From a virus (lineage: Duplodnaviria; Caudoviricetes): DNA of 32,259 bases. The position numbers and the translations under genes are program-made. Shown here piece by piece: positions 9,439 to 16,791 of this stretch. The notes beneath the pieces were generated by a model. It ran no database searches. It was not told the DNA's origin and worked only from the letters and a program-made list of their open reading frames with translations. The stretch lies in the IMG/VR virus record IMGVR_UViG_3300032218_001494, positions 1 to 32,259 of that record. One strand, 5' to 3'. How positions within the stretch are numbered: position 1 is the stretch's first letter; every line of letters starts with the position of its first letter.

Positions 9439-9460
9439 TGTCAGTCCCCCCATGTATAGT
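9439..9460 (+). promoter_or_regulatory. PafBC/RecA-NDp-type promoter 1
   Basis: TGTCAG-N10-TATAGT. Confidence 0.8.
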
Positions 9461-9509
9461 TAATACTATAAGAAAGTTAATCAAGGTGATTAACAAGAAA
9501 GGAGTCAAA

Positions 9510-9680
9510 ATGACTCAACTTAATGAAACTCTATTTAGCACAATTGTGCATGAATATCACACTGGTGGCGTAAAGTCATCTTATGGATTATCTGCCTATG
9601 ATAGAAAGGCACTACTAAAGTTTTTATTCTCTAGTAAGGCTTGCTATTGCATTAACTGTCTAGATAAGGAGGTTAAGTAA
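9510..9680 (+). CDS. Small early protein with C-terminal CxCxxC
   Basis: AAGGAG RBS before MTQLNE; longer ORF-track start lies inside the promoter. Confidence 0.7.
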   Translation: MTQLNETLFSTIVHEYHTGGVKSSYGLSAYDRKALLKFLFSSKACYCINCLDKEVK

Positions 9681-9820
9681 TGACTAACTCAATCTTTGGT
9701 CAGCGTTTCGCTACCATACATGATTACCCTAAAGGGTTAATGAATCTCTGCCCATGCGGGCAGGTAGTGTTAGCACCCGCTACACACCATGACAGATGTG
9801 AGACAACTCACACTGCATAA
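9680..9820 (+). CDS. 46-aa Cys/His-containing protein
   Basis: AAGGAGG RBS, TAATG coupling; MTNSIFGQRF...LCPCGQ...HHDRC. Confidence 0.65.
   Translation: MTNSIFGQRFATIHDYPKGLMNLCPCGQVVLAPATHHDRCETTHTA
9797..9812. promoter_or_regulatory. CRP/GlxR-type site
   Basis: TGTGA-GACAAC-TCACA. Confidence 0.65.
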
Positions 9821-9840
9821 GTAGCGTGTTACCTTGTAAA

Positions 9841-9862
9841 TGTCAGACCTATCTGATACCTT
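9841..9862 (+). promoter_or_regulatory. PafBC-type promoter 2
   Basis: TGTCAG-N10-TACCTT. Confidence 0.75.
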
Positions 9863-9897
9863 AATCTTATTAAACAACTAGAGAAAGAACAAAGCAA

Positions 9898-10056
9898 ATG
9901 ATGAGTAAATGGGATACTATCCAATTAGATGTAAGCGATATGTATATCGGATTAGAAGAAAACCTAGAGTGGGAAAAGGCTATTGAAAACGGCGATATAT
10001 CGCTTGTTAAATATGATGAAGATGAACTAACACTAGATTGGGAGAGTGGCGAATAG
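9898..10056 (+). CDS. 52-aa acidic protein
   Basis: MMSKWDTIQ...DELTLDWESGE directly after promoter. Confidence 0.65.
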   Translation: MMSKWDTIQLDVSDMYIGLEENLEWEKAIENGDISLVKYDEDELTLDWESGE

Positions 10057-10208
10057 TGGAACTACAACTACTACACATACAGTTTACTAATTGGGGTATG
10101 GACTTTACCTCATATATGGGAGATGTGTATCTACCTTATCGCACCTTTATAGTAACCGCTTTACTAGTAACCGCCCGTATTGTATACAAGAGAAAGAAGA
10201 ATAAGTAA
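10056..10208 (+). CDS. 50-aa membrane-anchored protein
   Basis: GTG start overlapping upstream stop; hydrophobic segment then basic tail. Confidence 0.55.
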   Translation: MELQLLHIQFTNWGMDFTSYMGDVYLPYRTFIVTALLVTARIVYKRKKNK

Positions 10209-10297
10209 TGAAATTAGAGTGCTGTATATGTAGTAAGCCAATATATGGTGAGTCTTTTGATGATGTTGATACTGTTACATGTGAAGAGTGTTGGTAA
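10208..10297 (+). CDS. 29-aa zinc-finger miniprotein
   Basis: TAATG coupling on both sides; CCIC...CEEC. Confidence 0.55.
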   Translation: MKLECCICSKPIYGESFDDVDTVTCEECW

Positions 10298-10416
10298 TGA
10301 ATAGACTACTAACTACTCTAGTGCAATTAGCCCTTATCATTCCCGCCCTATACATGGGGCGCATGGTATGGCACATGATGATCGAAGACTTTAGAGAGTG
10401 GGATAAATCACACTAG
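10297..10416 (+). CDS. 39-aa single-TM protein
   Basis: TAATG coupling; hydrophobic N-half. Confidence 0.55.
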   Translation: MNRLLTTLVQLALIIPALYMGRMVWHMMIEDFREWDKSH

Positions 10417-10471
10417 CCTAACGGTGTGTCGCCTTGACAAAAGGCGATGCGCCCACAGCTTTTGTGGGGGC

Positions 10472-10522
10472 TGTGGATAACTTACGGTAAACTGTGGATA
10501 AATCCTGAAAATCTGTGGACGA
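10472..10522. promoter_or_regulatory. DnaA-box cluster
   Basis: TGTGGATAA at 10472 and 10493, TGTGGACGA at 10514 (21-bp spacing). Confidence 0.7.
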
Positions 10523-10536
10523 CACGCCCGAGATCT

Positions 10537-10552
10537 TGTGAGATTTATCACA
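10537..10552. promoter_or_regulatory. CRP/GlxR-type site
   Basis: TGTGA-GATTTA-TCACA. Confidence 0.7.
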
Positions 10553-10600
10553 TGGCTTGAGCGTCTCACATCTTGGAATTACTGGCTAGTAATTAGTTTA

Positions 10601-10622
10601 TGTCAGTGCGTTCGTGTATAAT
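10601..10622 (+). promoter_or_regulatory. PafBC-type promoter 3
   Basis: TGTCAG-N10-TATAAT. Confidence 0.8.
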
Positions 10623-10657
10623 TCCATTCATAACAACAAACGAAAGAAGGTCTGCCA

Positions 10658-10864
10658 ATGGCTACCAAACTCTACACAATCGAAAGCCTACTTGTAGGAA
10701 AAACCTATCGCTCAAACTCTCGCCACTTTTCAGGCGAAATCGTTTCTGCTGAACCTCGCCCAGAAATTTGGTATGGCGAAAAAACCGAAGCGTTTCTAAT
10801 CGAAGTAAATGCTGGCGGTCTGCGAAATAAATTCGCAACTATTGCGGTGAAGGTTGGTGAATAA
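10658..10864 (+). CDS. Small beta-barrel (SH3-like) hypothetical protein
   Basis: ORF after AACGAAAG leader; G..Y.S....SG.I pattern shared with 12644 ORF. Confidence 0.7.
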   Translation: MATKLYTIESLLVGKTYRSNSRHFSGEIVSAEPRPEIWYGEKTEAFLIEVNAGGLRNKFATIAVKVGE

Positions 10865-10866
10865 TA

Positions 10867-10992
10867 ATGGGATACATAGAAATTTTCCGTATGGACAATG
10901 AAGGTGCTGGCTGGGTAGATTTATCCGAAGCAACACCCGATGAATTATTCAATATCGAATTAGGATTATTAGAGGAAGGTGCGTTCGAATGA
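10867..10992 (+). CDS. 41-aa acidic protein
   Basis: MGYIEIFRMDNEGAGWVDL...; coupled. Confidence 0.6.
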   Translation: MGYIEIFRMDNEGAGWVDLSEATPDELFNIELGLLEEGAFE

Positions 10993-11114
10993 ACTTAGAC
11001 GAATTCAAAAAGCACGTGTTAGCAACACGGCAAGCAAGCAAGGCGGAAGCCTTGTCAGTGCTATCTGCTACAATTACAACTCAACCAAACGAAAGGGAAA
11101 ACCTAAATGGCTAA
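10989..11114 (+). CDS. 41-aa protein overlapping promoter 4
   Basis: ATGA coupling; MNLDEFKKHV... Confidence 0.5.
   Translation: MNLDEFKKHVLATRQASKAEALSVLSATITTQPNERENLNG
11053..11074 (+). promoter_or_regulatory. PafBC-type promoter 4
   Basis: TGTCAG-N10-TACAAT. Confidence 0.8.
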
Positions 11115-11271
11115 AATGAAAGAATACATAGAAATAATCGCAGCGAATTGCGATGAATGCGGCGGTGCTGGATTTGTATTTTTCGGAGACGAAAATAATT
11201 ATGATGTTGAGCCTTGCGATTGTATCGCTGATGTTGCTGATGAACTAACAGTAGATTGGGTAAATGAATAA
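11107..11271 (+). CDS. 54-aa zinc-finger protein
   Basis: CDECGGAG...PCDC; ends DELTVDWVNE. Confidence 0.7.
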   Translation: MAKMKEYIEIIAANCDECGGAGFVFFGDENNYDVEPCDCIADVADELTVDWVNE

Positions 11272-11480
11272 TGTATAAAATAACTGTAACCTATGATGAA
11301 AATCCAGTCCCTGATTTTACTTTTCAATACTCAGATGAATTGCAGGCACATAAAGAATTTGCTAAATATATTGACTGGGGATTTGCTAAAGAATATTCAA
11401 CAGTTAATTTATACACGCCATCGCTAAAATGCTATACAAAAATATTTTATCGTGAAGGACGAAAGGTCGTAACGAAATGA
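11271..11480 (+). CDS. Hypothetical protein
   Basis: Coupled ORF, 69 aa. Confidence 0.7.
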   Translation: MYKITVTYDENPVPDFTFQYSDELQAHKEFAKYIDWGFAKEYSTVNLYTPSLKCYTKIFYREGRKVVTK

Positions 11481-11668
11481 TGACACGCAAGGACTATGTC
11501 GCAACTGCAGAAATTCTAAAGTATATAAGCAACAAAACTCACCCTGCTGTATTTTCTAAAACTGTTCACGATTTCGCAGAAATGTTTGCGAAAGATAATC
11601 CGAGATTTGATGTAACAAGATTTCATGAAGCGAGTGGATATAATGTTCCAAACTTCACTTCGAGATAA
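11477..11668 (+). CDS. Conserved small phage protein (MTRKDY...DNPRFD..RF family)
   Basis: Recognisable motif; ATGA coupling. Confidence 0.75.
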   Translation: MMTRKDYVATAEILKYISNKTHPAVFSKTVHDFAEMFAKDNPRFDVTRFHEASGYNVPNFTSR

Positions 11669-11774
11669 AGTAAAACGAATTCAGGAATTGCGTCGCAGTA
11701 ATGCGGCGCAACCTGTACGCAATAAAAAAAAATACACACGCAAGATCAAACATAAAAATAAAAATGCAGAGTGA
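11643..11774 (+). CDS. 43-aa basic protein, ArfA-like C-terminal motif
   Basis: ELRRSNAAQPVRNKKKYTRKIKHKN. Confidence 0.55.
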   Translation: MFQTSLRDKVKRIQELRRSNAAQPVRNKKKYTRKIKHKNKNAE

Positions 11775-11848
11775 TGCATATCTATGCAGCCCCCAAATAT
11801 GTGGGGGCAAAACTTGCCTTACGTCAAGTTATGAAAACGCCTGGAATT

Positions 11849-11864
11849 TGTGAGATTAATCACA
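11849..11864. promoter_or_regulatory. CRP/GlxR-type site
   Basis: TGTGA-GATTAA-TCACA. Confidence 0.7.
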
Positions 11865-11901
11865 TAAATAAATTAAATAATCATCGGCGTGTTGCAATAA
11901 A

Positions 11902-11923
11902 TGTCGGTGAGTCATGCTATAAT
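11902..11923 (+). promoter_or_regulatory. PafBC-type promoter 5
   Basis: TGTCGG-N10-TATAAT. Confidence 0.8.
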
Positions 11924-11953
11924 TCTCATATTCCAACAACGAAAGGTAAAAAA

Positions 11954-12157
11954 ATGATAGTAGAACATAACTTAAAGTTTGTTACAGAGTTTAAGAAAGG
12001 CCACCCAGTAACTCAACAGGTCATGGCACTTGATGAAAACACCCGTATCTTTATGCTAGAGTCAATGCTAAAAGATTTAATCGCACCACGCCTGCAACCA
12101 ATCATTGATGAGATTAACGCTAACGGTTCCTATGCAATTCTGAAGGTTGCAGAATAA
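11954..12157 (+). CDS. Hypothetical protein
   Basis: Start MIVEHN after CAACGAAAGG. Confidence 0.7.
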   Translation: MIVEHNLKFVTEFKKGHPVTQQVMALDENTRIFMLESMLKDLIAPRLQPIIDEINANGSYAILKVAE

Positions 12158-12433
12158 ATGGGTCACACAACAGCACTAGCCCTTGCAGATGATTTATCAT
12201 TAGAGGCAGGATTAGCCTATCACTTGCAGGCTAATCATTACCCACCCGTTCCCGTTGCTATGGTGCAATCATGCATAGATGCTATTGATGCATACTATGA
12301 TGAGGACTATGGTCGTGAAGTATCTTTACCTGAAGGTATTTCATGGCGTGGTCAAGATAGCGCACCCGCACACGCAATCGTTGATGCACACCACCTAGAT
12401 GCTTGGCTAGTGCAAGAGGACTATGATGAGTAA
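12158..12433 (+). CDS. Hypothetical protein (HL..NHYPPVP family)
   Basis: ORF track, coupled. Confidence 0.75.
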   Translation: MGHTTALALADDLSLEAGLAYHLQANHYPPVPVAMVQSCIDAIDAYYDEDYGREVSLPEGISWRGQDSAPAHAIVDAHHLDAWLVQEDYDE

Positions 12434-12566
12434 TCTTTATTCTATCTTAGCAGAGTGGTATCCAGATGGTAATTACTCAGAGGAAGAGCTATGGGAAGCC
12501 ATAGCAGAGTCCCAGGGAGTAGACCTATACTCAATCATGGACGGCGATCTAACAGAGTACTTGTGA
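12426..12566 (+). CDS. 46-aa acidic protein
   Basis: GAGGA RBS; MSNLYSILAEWYPDG... Confidence 0.6.
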   Translation: MSNLYSILAEWYPDGNYSEEELWEAIAESQGVDLYSIMDGDLTEYL

Positions 12567-12577
12567 TTTTTATCACA
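12562..12577. promoter_or_regulatory. CRP/GlxR-type site
   Basis: TGTGA-TTTTTA-TCACA. Confidence 0.7.
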
Positions 12578-12595
12578 CCAAAATAGATAGAAAAT

Positions 12596-12617
12596 TGTCA
12601 GTAGCCTATGCTACAAT
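12596..12617 (+). promoter_or_regulatory. PafBC-type promoter 6
   Basis: TGTCAG-N10-TACAAT. Confidence 0.8.
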
Positions 12618-12643
12618 AACACCCTAAACGAAAGAAGGAAAAA

Positions 12644-12793
12644 ATGACAACACTAACAATCGGACAGAGTTACACAACTAGTAATAGCGGTGTAACAGGC
12701 ACAATCAAAGCAGTAGATAATCACCCAAGCGGTGTGAGTCGTGTTTTGCTTGATGTAAATGGAAAAGAACGCTGGACAAGCGTTCCTAACTAA
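12644..12793 (+). CDS. 49-aa SH3-like beta protein
   Basis: AAGGA RBS; LTIGQSYTT..SGVTGTI...RVLLDVNGKERWT. Confidence 0.7.
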   Translation: MTTLTIGQSYTTSNSGVTGTIKAVDNHPSGVSRVLLDVNGKERWTSVPN

Positions 12794-12809
12794 TTCCCCT
12801 CACGGGAAA

Positions 12810-12839
12810 TGTCCTGAGCATGACAGTTAAAACTGCTCA
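12810..12839 (+). ncRNA. Candidate H-type pseudoknot, copy 1
   Basis: TGTC/GACA stem 1, TGAGCA/TGCTCA stem 2. Confidence 0.5.
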
Positions 12840-12876
12840 CCCTTCCAACTAAACCCAACGAAAAGGAAACTAACAA

Positions 12877-13299
12877 ATGGCTAGAGGCAAAGCAATCTCA
12901 GTAAAAATCGCAACACCAAAGGTAATTAAGGCACTAGAAACTGCACTAAGAAAGTTAGAGGCAGATTACACTTCACAAGAAGCAAACGAAGCAAAGTATG
13001 AAAAGTTACGCAAGGCTTGGCAAAAAGAGGTTAGCGATTTTGCAGTTGCTAACATCAAGAAGGCTGAGAACTTCCGTACTAGTTATCGTTCTTGGAACAA
13101 CACACTTAACATTGACTACGATTTGACAGTATCCGAAAAGGAAATGCCAAAAGAACCTGAGAAGGACTTTGTAACAATGCACAAGCACTCATACTTAGAG
13201 CAGAAGCAGGAAATCGAAAACGCAATCCGTATTCTGAAAATGACAGATGAGGAAACAGTAAATACTTCAACCTACAATGCGGTTGCTCAGTATCTCTAA
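12877..13299 (+). CDS. Hypothetical coiled-coil protein
   Basis: 140 aa ORF, AAGGA RBS. Confidence 0.8.
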   Translation: MARGKAISVKIATPKVIKALETALRKLEADYTSQEANEAKYEKLRKAWQKEVSDFAVANIKKAENFRTSYRSWNNTLNIDYDLTVSEKEMPKEPEKDFVTMHKHSYLEQKQEIENAIRILKMTDEETVNTSTYNAVAQYL

Positions 13300-13374
13300 T
13301 TAAGTAATTGGGGGGCTAGACAAACTCTAGCCTCCCATGCTATAATTCTTATCCCTACTAACAAAGGAAATAAA

Positions 13375-13614
13375 ATGGCTAACCGATTTCGAGTAGAAAT
13401 CTATGACGAGAATAAATTAAATGATTTAACTATTTATTCTGAGCAAGGTATAGACAAAGAATACTTAAACGAATTGGTGTTTAGTAATCTGCGTAGATTT
13501 CAAGGAAACATTAAAGCATACGTGTTTGATAGCGTAAAGAAAAAGAAAACAACTGCTATGTATCTTCCTATGGAAATTGTTAATAACGTTAAGTCTAAAA
13601 TTAACTTAGCATAA
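13375..13614 (+). CDS. Hypothetical protein
   Basis: TAGACA-N18-TATAAT promoter and AAGGA RBS upstream. Confidence 0.75.
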   Translation: MANRFRVEIYDENKLNDLTIYSEQGIDKEYLNELVFSNLRRFQGNIKAYVFDSVKKKKTTAMYLPMEIVNNVKSKINLA

Positions 13615-13619
13615 GCTTG

Positions 13620-13645
13620 GGGCGGGATCTTTCCGAATCCCGCCC
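13620..13645 (+). terminator. GC-rich hairpin after operon
   Basis: GGGCGGGAT...ATCCCGCCC. Confidence 0.5.
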
Positions 13646-13689
13646 TAACTTCCCATCTCATTATGCGAGATGCCCCCAATACTGAGGGG

Positions 13690-13720
13690 TTATCCACAGG
13701 CTTACGGTACCTGTGGAAAA
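13690..13720. promoter_or_regulatory. Inverted DnaA-box pair
   Basis: TTATCCACA 13690 and TGTGGAAAA 13712. Confidence 0.65.
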
Positions 13721-13732
13721 CGCCCGAGATTT

Positions 13733-13748
13733 TGTGAGATTGATCACA
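13733..13748. promoter_or_regulatory. CRP/GlxR-type site
   Basis: TGTGA-GATTGA-TCACA. Confidence 0.7.
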
Positions 13749-13786
13749 CAACACAATTCGGACAAATGACTCTTTAGATTAGGTAA

Positions 13787-13808
13787 TGTCAGTCCCATAT
13801 GTTATACT
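13787..13808 (+). promoter_or_regulatory. PafBC-type promoter 7
   Basis: TGTCAG-N10-TATACT. Confidence 0.8.
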
Positions 13809-13839
13809 CAATTCATCAACCAATCGAAAGGAAATAAAA

Positions 13840-14844
13840 ATGGCTCATAATCTAGAAATGGAAAACGGCGAAATCGCATTCGCTCTTCGTGGTGCTCCTG
13901 CTTGGCATAACCTTGCCAATCGTATCTTCACACAAGATGAAGAAGTTACAACACAAACAATGCTCGAAGAGGCAAAGTTGGCTAAGTGGAATGTTCGCTT
14001 ATCTCCAATCACTGAACACGTACCAGAATCTTGGAATGATGTTTCTAATGCATCTCTCGTTATTCGTGACAACCCATTCAACGGTGGAACAGATATCCTT
14101 GCAACTGTTGGCAAGCGTTACAAGCCTGTACAGAATGAAGAACTATTTGCATTCGCTGATGCAATTCACGATGCCAATGCTGATTGCCGTTGGGAATCTG
14201 CTGGCTCATTAAAGCAGGGTAAAGTTGTGTTTGGAACTGTAGATATTCCACGCACAATGATATTAGACCCACAAGGCGCTAATGATGCTACAAAACTTTA
14301 TCTAATTGTTTGGACAAGCCATGATGGGTCTGTTGCTGTTCAAGCAGCCGTCACACCTGTTCGTGTTGTTTGCCAAAACACATTAAACTTAGCGATGAAA
14401 AGCGCAAAGCAATCTTTCAAGATTCGCCACACGCAATCTGTTGAGGGTCGCATTCAAGTTGCTCGTGAGACTCTTGGTCTTGCTCTTGGATATTTCGATG
14501 AATTCGAAAAAGAAGCGCAAGCACTTTATTCTCAATCTATTACAGATGCAGAATTCTCAAAGTTGATTCGCACAATTTATCCTAAGCCTGAAAAGGATAC
14601 TAAGGGTGCCCTAACTAAATGGGAAAATAAAGTTGTGTTGCTTGATGATTTATATCATAACTCACCAACCAATGCTAATATCAAAGGCACAAAGTGGGGT
14701 GCCTTTAATGCGCTAACTGAACGTTTAGATTACTACCGCACATCTCGTGGTAATTCTGAATCACTAATGGCTGGCGCATCTGGATTTGACCCTGTGCTAA
14801 CTGCAGAAAAAAACAAAATCAAAAAGTTAATTTTTGCTTTCTAA
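13840..14844 (+). CDS. DUF932 / TIGR03299 phage-plasmid protein
   Basis: MAH.L...PAWH.L; VG.RY.PVQN.E.F; ESAGSL..G; SHDGS; TPVRVVCQNTL; RHT; GT.WGAFNA.TE. Confidence 0.9.
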   Translation: MAHNLEMENGEIAFALRGAPAWHNLANRIFTQDEEVTTQTMLEEAKLAKWNVRLSPITEHVPESWNDVSNASLVIRDNPFNGGTDILATVGKRYKPVQNEELFAFADAIHDANADCRWESAGSLKQGKVVFGTVDIPRTMILDPQGANDATKLYLIVWTSHDGSVAVQAAVTPVRVVCQNTLNLAMKSAKQSFKIRHTQSVEGRIQVARETLGLALGYFDEFEKEAQALYSQSITDAEFSKLIRTIYPKPEKDTKGALTKWENKVVLLDDLYHNSPTNANIKGTKWGAFNALTERLDYYRTSRGNSESLMAGASGFDPVLTAEKNKIKKLIFAF

Positions 14845-14851
14845 AAAAATA

Positions 14852-14880
14852 AAATCCTGAGCACGATTTAAAACTGCTCA
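14852..14880 (+). ncRNA. Candidate H-type pseudoknot, copy 2
   Basis: AAATC/GATTT stem 1, TGAGCA/TGCTCA stem 2. Confidence 0.5.
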
Positions 14881-14989
14881 ACCCTTCGGGGCGTGGAAGC
14901 TTGACAGATCGTGGAAAATGCCCCCAAGCTTAAAAGCACAATTTTGATCATACGAGAGGCAAATAAATTTGCCTGAATCTATAGACATT

Positions 14990-15011
14990 TGTCAGTGGTA
15001 CCTGCTACAAT
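14990..15011 (+). promoter_or_regulatory. PafBC-type promoter 8
   Basis: TGTCAG-N10-TACAAT. Confidence 0.8.
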
Positions 15012-15042
15012 ACTACCTATCAACCAAACGAAAGAGGAAAAA

Positions 15043-15507
15043 ATGGAAGAAACATCAATGAACAATCTGCCACTGTCAGATGCAGAAAAGTACAATCCAA
15101 ATCAATTAGTTACATATAAGATTATCCACGGATACTCTGACCCTGAATATGCAACTACCAAGGTTGCATCTCTTGAATGGGATTTGCACAATGCACGTCA
15201 AACTCAAAAAACAAACGGCTCCTTGACTAACAAAATTAGTTTAGTTAAAGATATTATTACTGAAGCATATGCTGATTCAGATGACCAAGAAACACTTCGT
15301 TCAATTGCTGAAGCACTTGATATTGAATTAACTAGAACAGTTGAATGGTCTGCAACTATTGAAGTTAGCGGAACTATTGAATTAGATTTGCTTGCTGATT
15401 CAGATACAGATATTGAATCAGAAATCTACGACAATCTTTATGTTGAATCACAACACGGTAACATCCAAGTAGATGACACCGAAGTTACAAATGTAAGGGA
15501 GAACTAA
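15043..15507 (+). CDS. Hypothetical acidic protein
   Basis: Start MEETSM after GAGGA. Confidence 0.8.
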   Translation: MEETSMNNLPLSDAEKYNPNQLVTYKIIHGYSDPEYATTKVASLEWDLHNARQTQKTNGSLTNKISLVKDIITEAYADSDDQETLRSIAEALDIELTRTVEWSATIEVSGTIELDLLADSDTDIESEIYDNLYVESQHGNIQVDDTEVTNVREN

Positions 15508-15719
15508 TGTACTTTGAACTCACCGCTCCCGATAGGTTGTCCATGGAGATGGCCTATTGGGATGCACAAATCACAGGCCTGGACCCTGAGGCTATGACAC
15601 CATTGACATTCAACATTGGAACTGGTAGCATTGAGAAAGTAAGTAGGTTGCGAGATAAGTTTAAATTAACTGAATCTTATGTTGCAGACCATGAGCCTAC
15701 AGGATACCAAAGGAGCTAA
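15507..15719 (+). CDS. Hypothetical protein
   Basis: TAATG coupling, GGAG RBS. Confidence 0.75.
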   Translation: MYFELTAPDRLSMEMAYWDAQITGLDPEAMTPLTFNIGTGSIEKVSRLRDKFKLTESYVADHEPTGYQRS

Positions 15720-15720
15720 G

Positions 15721-15876
15721 GTGGATTACCAAGACGGTTTTGAAGACGGGGTTAAATTCTCTCGTGAAGTAATCATTGCTAACATTCGTAAATGGGCAGA
15801 AGACCATGATGAGGGTGGGACAGTTGATTGGGTCGCAGACCGTATTGAGTTTGGAACACTAGACAATGACCTATGA
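15721..15876 (+). CDS. Hypothetical protein
   Basis: AAGGAG then GTG; Y.DGFEDG motif. Confidence 0.7.
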   Translation: MDYQDGFEDGVKFSREVIIANIRKWAEDHDEGGTVDWVADRIEFGTLDNDL

Positions 15877-16078
15877 TGATCTAAATAAGTGGACCCCATG
15901 CGATAAGTGTGGAGAATCGGCCCAAGCTATGTATTTAATTAAACTAGTAGATGGTGAGTTAGCATTCTGTGGCCACCATTATAATAAGTTCAAAGAGGCC
16001 CTTGACAAAGTCTCATATGAAATTATACAATTGAATAAGGAAGAAGAAATACCACAACTAATAGAAATGGCGGAATAA
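15866..16078 (+). CDS. Zinc-binding protein (CD.CG...L.FCGHH, actinobacterial-type)
   Basis: CDKC and FCGHH motifs. Confidence 0.75.
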   Translation: MTYDDLNKWTPCDKCGESAQAMYLIKLVDGELAFCGHHYNKFKEALDKVSYEIIQLNKEEEIPQLIEMAE

Positions 16079-16079
16079 A

Positions 16080-16487
16080 ATGGGAGACAGAGCAAACTTT
16101 GTATTTGTAGACGAGAATGCAAATGCATTAGTACTATATGGACACTGGGCAGGGCACCAAATGCTTAGTAATTTGGCAGACGCAGTAATTAAGGCACGTC
16201 CACGTTGGAGTGATACATCATATGCAACACGTATTGCTATCAGTCAACTAGTGGGGGACCAATGGAATATGGAAACAGGTTGGGGATTAACTATTAATTC
16301 AATTAGTGACAACGAGCACAAGATTCCTGTTATTGATTGGAAGCAGCAAACGTTTAGTCTTCATGAAGAAGATAGTTTTGCTAACACTGATAATAAAGTA
16401 CGTGGCATGAAAAACGAAGCAATTTTTACACAGGACCTTTCGTCCTTCTGTGAGAAATATGCTTTGAATGAATTGCTTACAGTATAA
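16080..16487 (+). CDS. Hypothetical phage protein (MGDR...LY.HW.G family)
   Basis: 135 aa ORF with recognisable N-terminal motif. Confidence 0.8.
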   Translation: MGDRANFVFVDENANALVLYGHWAGHQMLSNLADAVIKARPRWSDTSYATRIAISQLVGDQWNMETGWGLTINSISDNEHKIPVIDWKQQTFSLHEEDSFANTDNKVRGMKNEAIFTQDLSSFCEKYALNELLTV

Positions 16488-16497
16488 CTAAATAAGT

Positions 16498-16613
16498 AAA
16501 GGTGCGGCTATGAGGCATTCGCCAAGTCGTTAAATAATGCAGGTTTTTACTTTCGTTGGTTATCCTAGCAGCCTTAATAAGAGATCCTCCAGGTAAGATC
16601 TGGGGGATTTTTT
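16498..16613 (+). ncRNA. Candidate structured antisense sRNA (3'UTR-derived or independent)
   Basis: Stems AAGGT/GCCTT, GCGGCT/AGTCGT, TGCAGG/CCT(A)GCA; loop CTTTCGTTGGTT; terminator 16584-16613; no ORF. Confidence 0.6.
16584..16613 (+). terminator. Intrinsic terminator
   Basis: ATCCTCCAGG...TCTGGGGGAT followed by T run. Confidence 0.7.
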
Positions 16614-16742
16614 ATATGCCCCCAAAGACATGAGGGTATCAAAATTTCCTTACGGTGTCAATATAAATTCGCCTGAAATTTGGTGATCTAGACCACAAAG
16701 CTGGGGAATGTGGTGTGTATCACACGATATACCCTATACAAA

Positions 16743-16764
16743 TGTCAGTGGTCCATTGTATAAT
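16743..16764 (+). promoter_or_regulatory. PafBC-type promoter 9 (degenerate CRP-like sites at 16682 and 16709)
   Basis: TGTCAG-N10-TATAAT; TGTGG-N6-TCACA upstream. Confidence 0.8.
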
Positions 16765-16791
16765 TGGAACATATCAACGAAAGGATATAAT

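Noticed and set aside
15075-15097. TGTCAG...TACAAT as a 13th promoter
   Set aside because: Spacer is 11 nt and it lies inside a gene start
9438-16791. ORF-track N-terminal extensions (9438, 11771, 13786, 14989, 16708)
   Set aside because: Starts fall in or upstream of the TGTCAG promoter; RBS-supported starts are 9510, 11954, 13840, 15043, 16792
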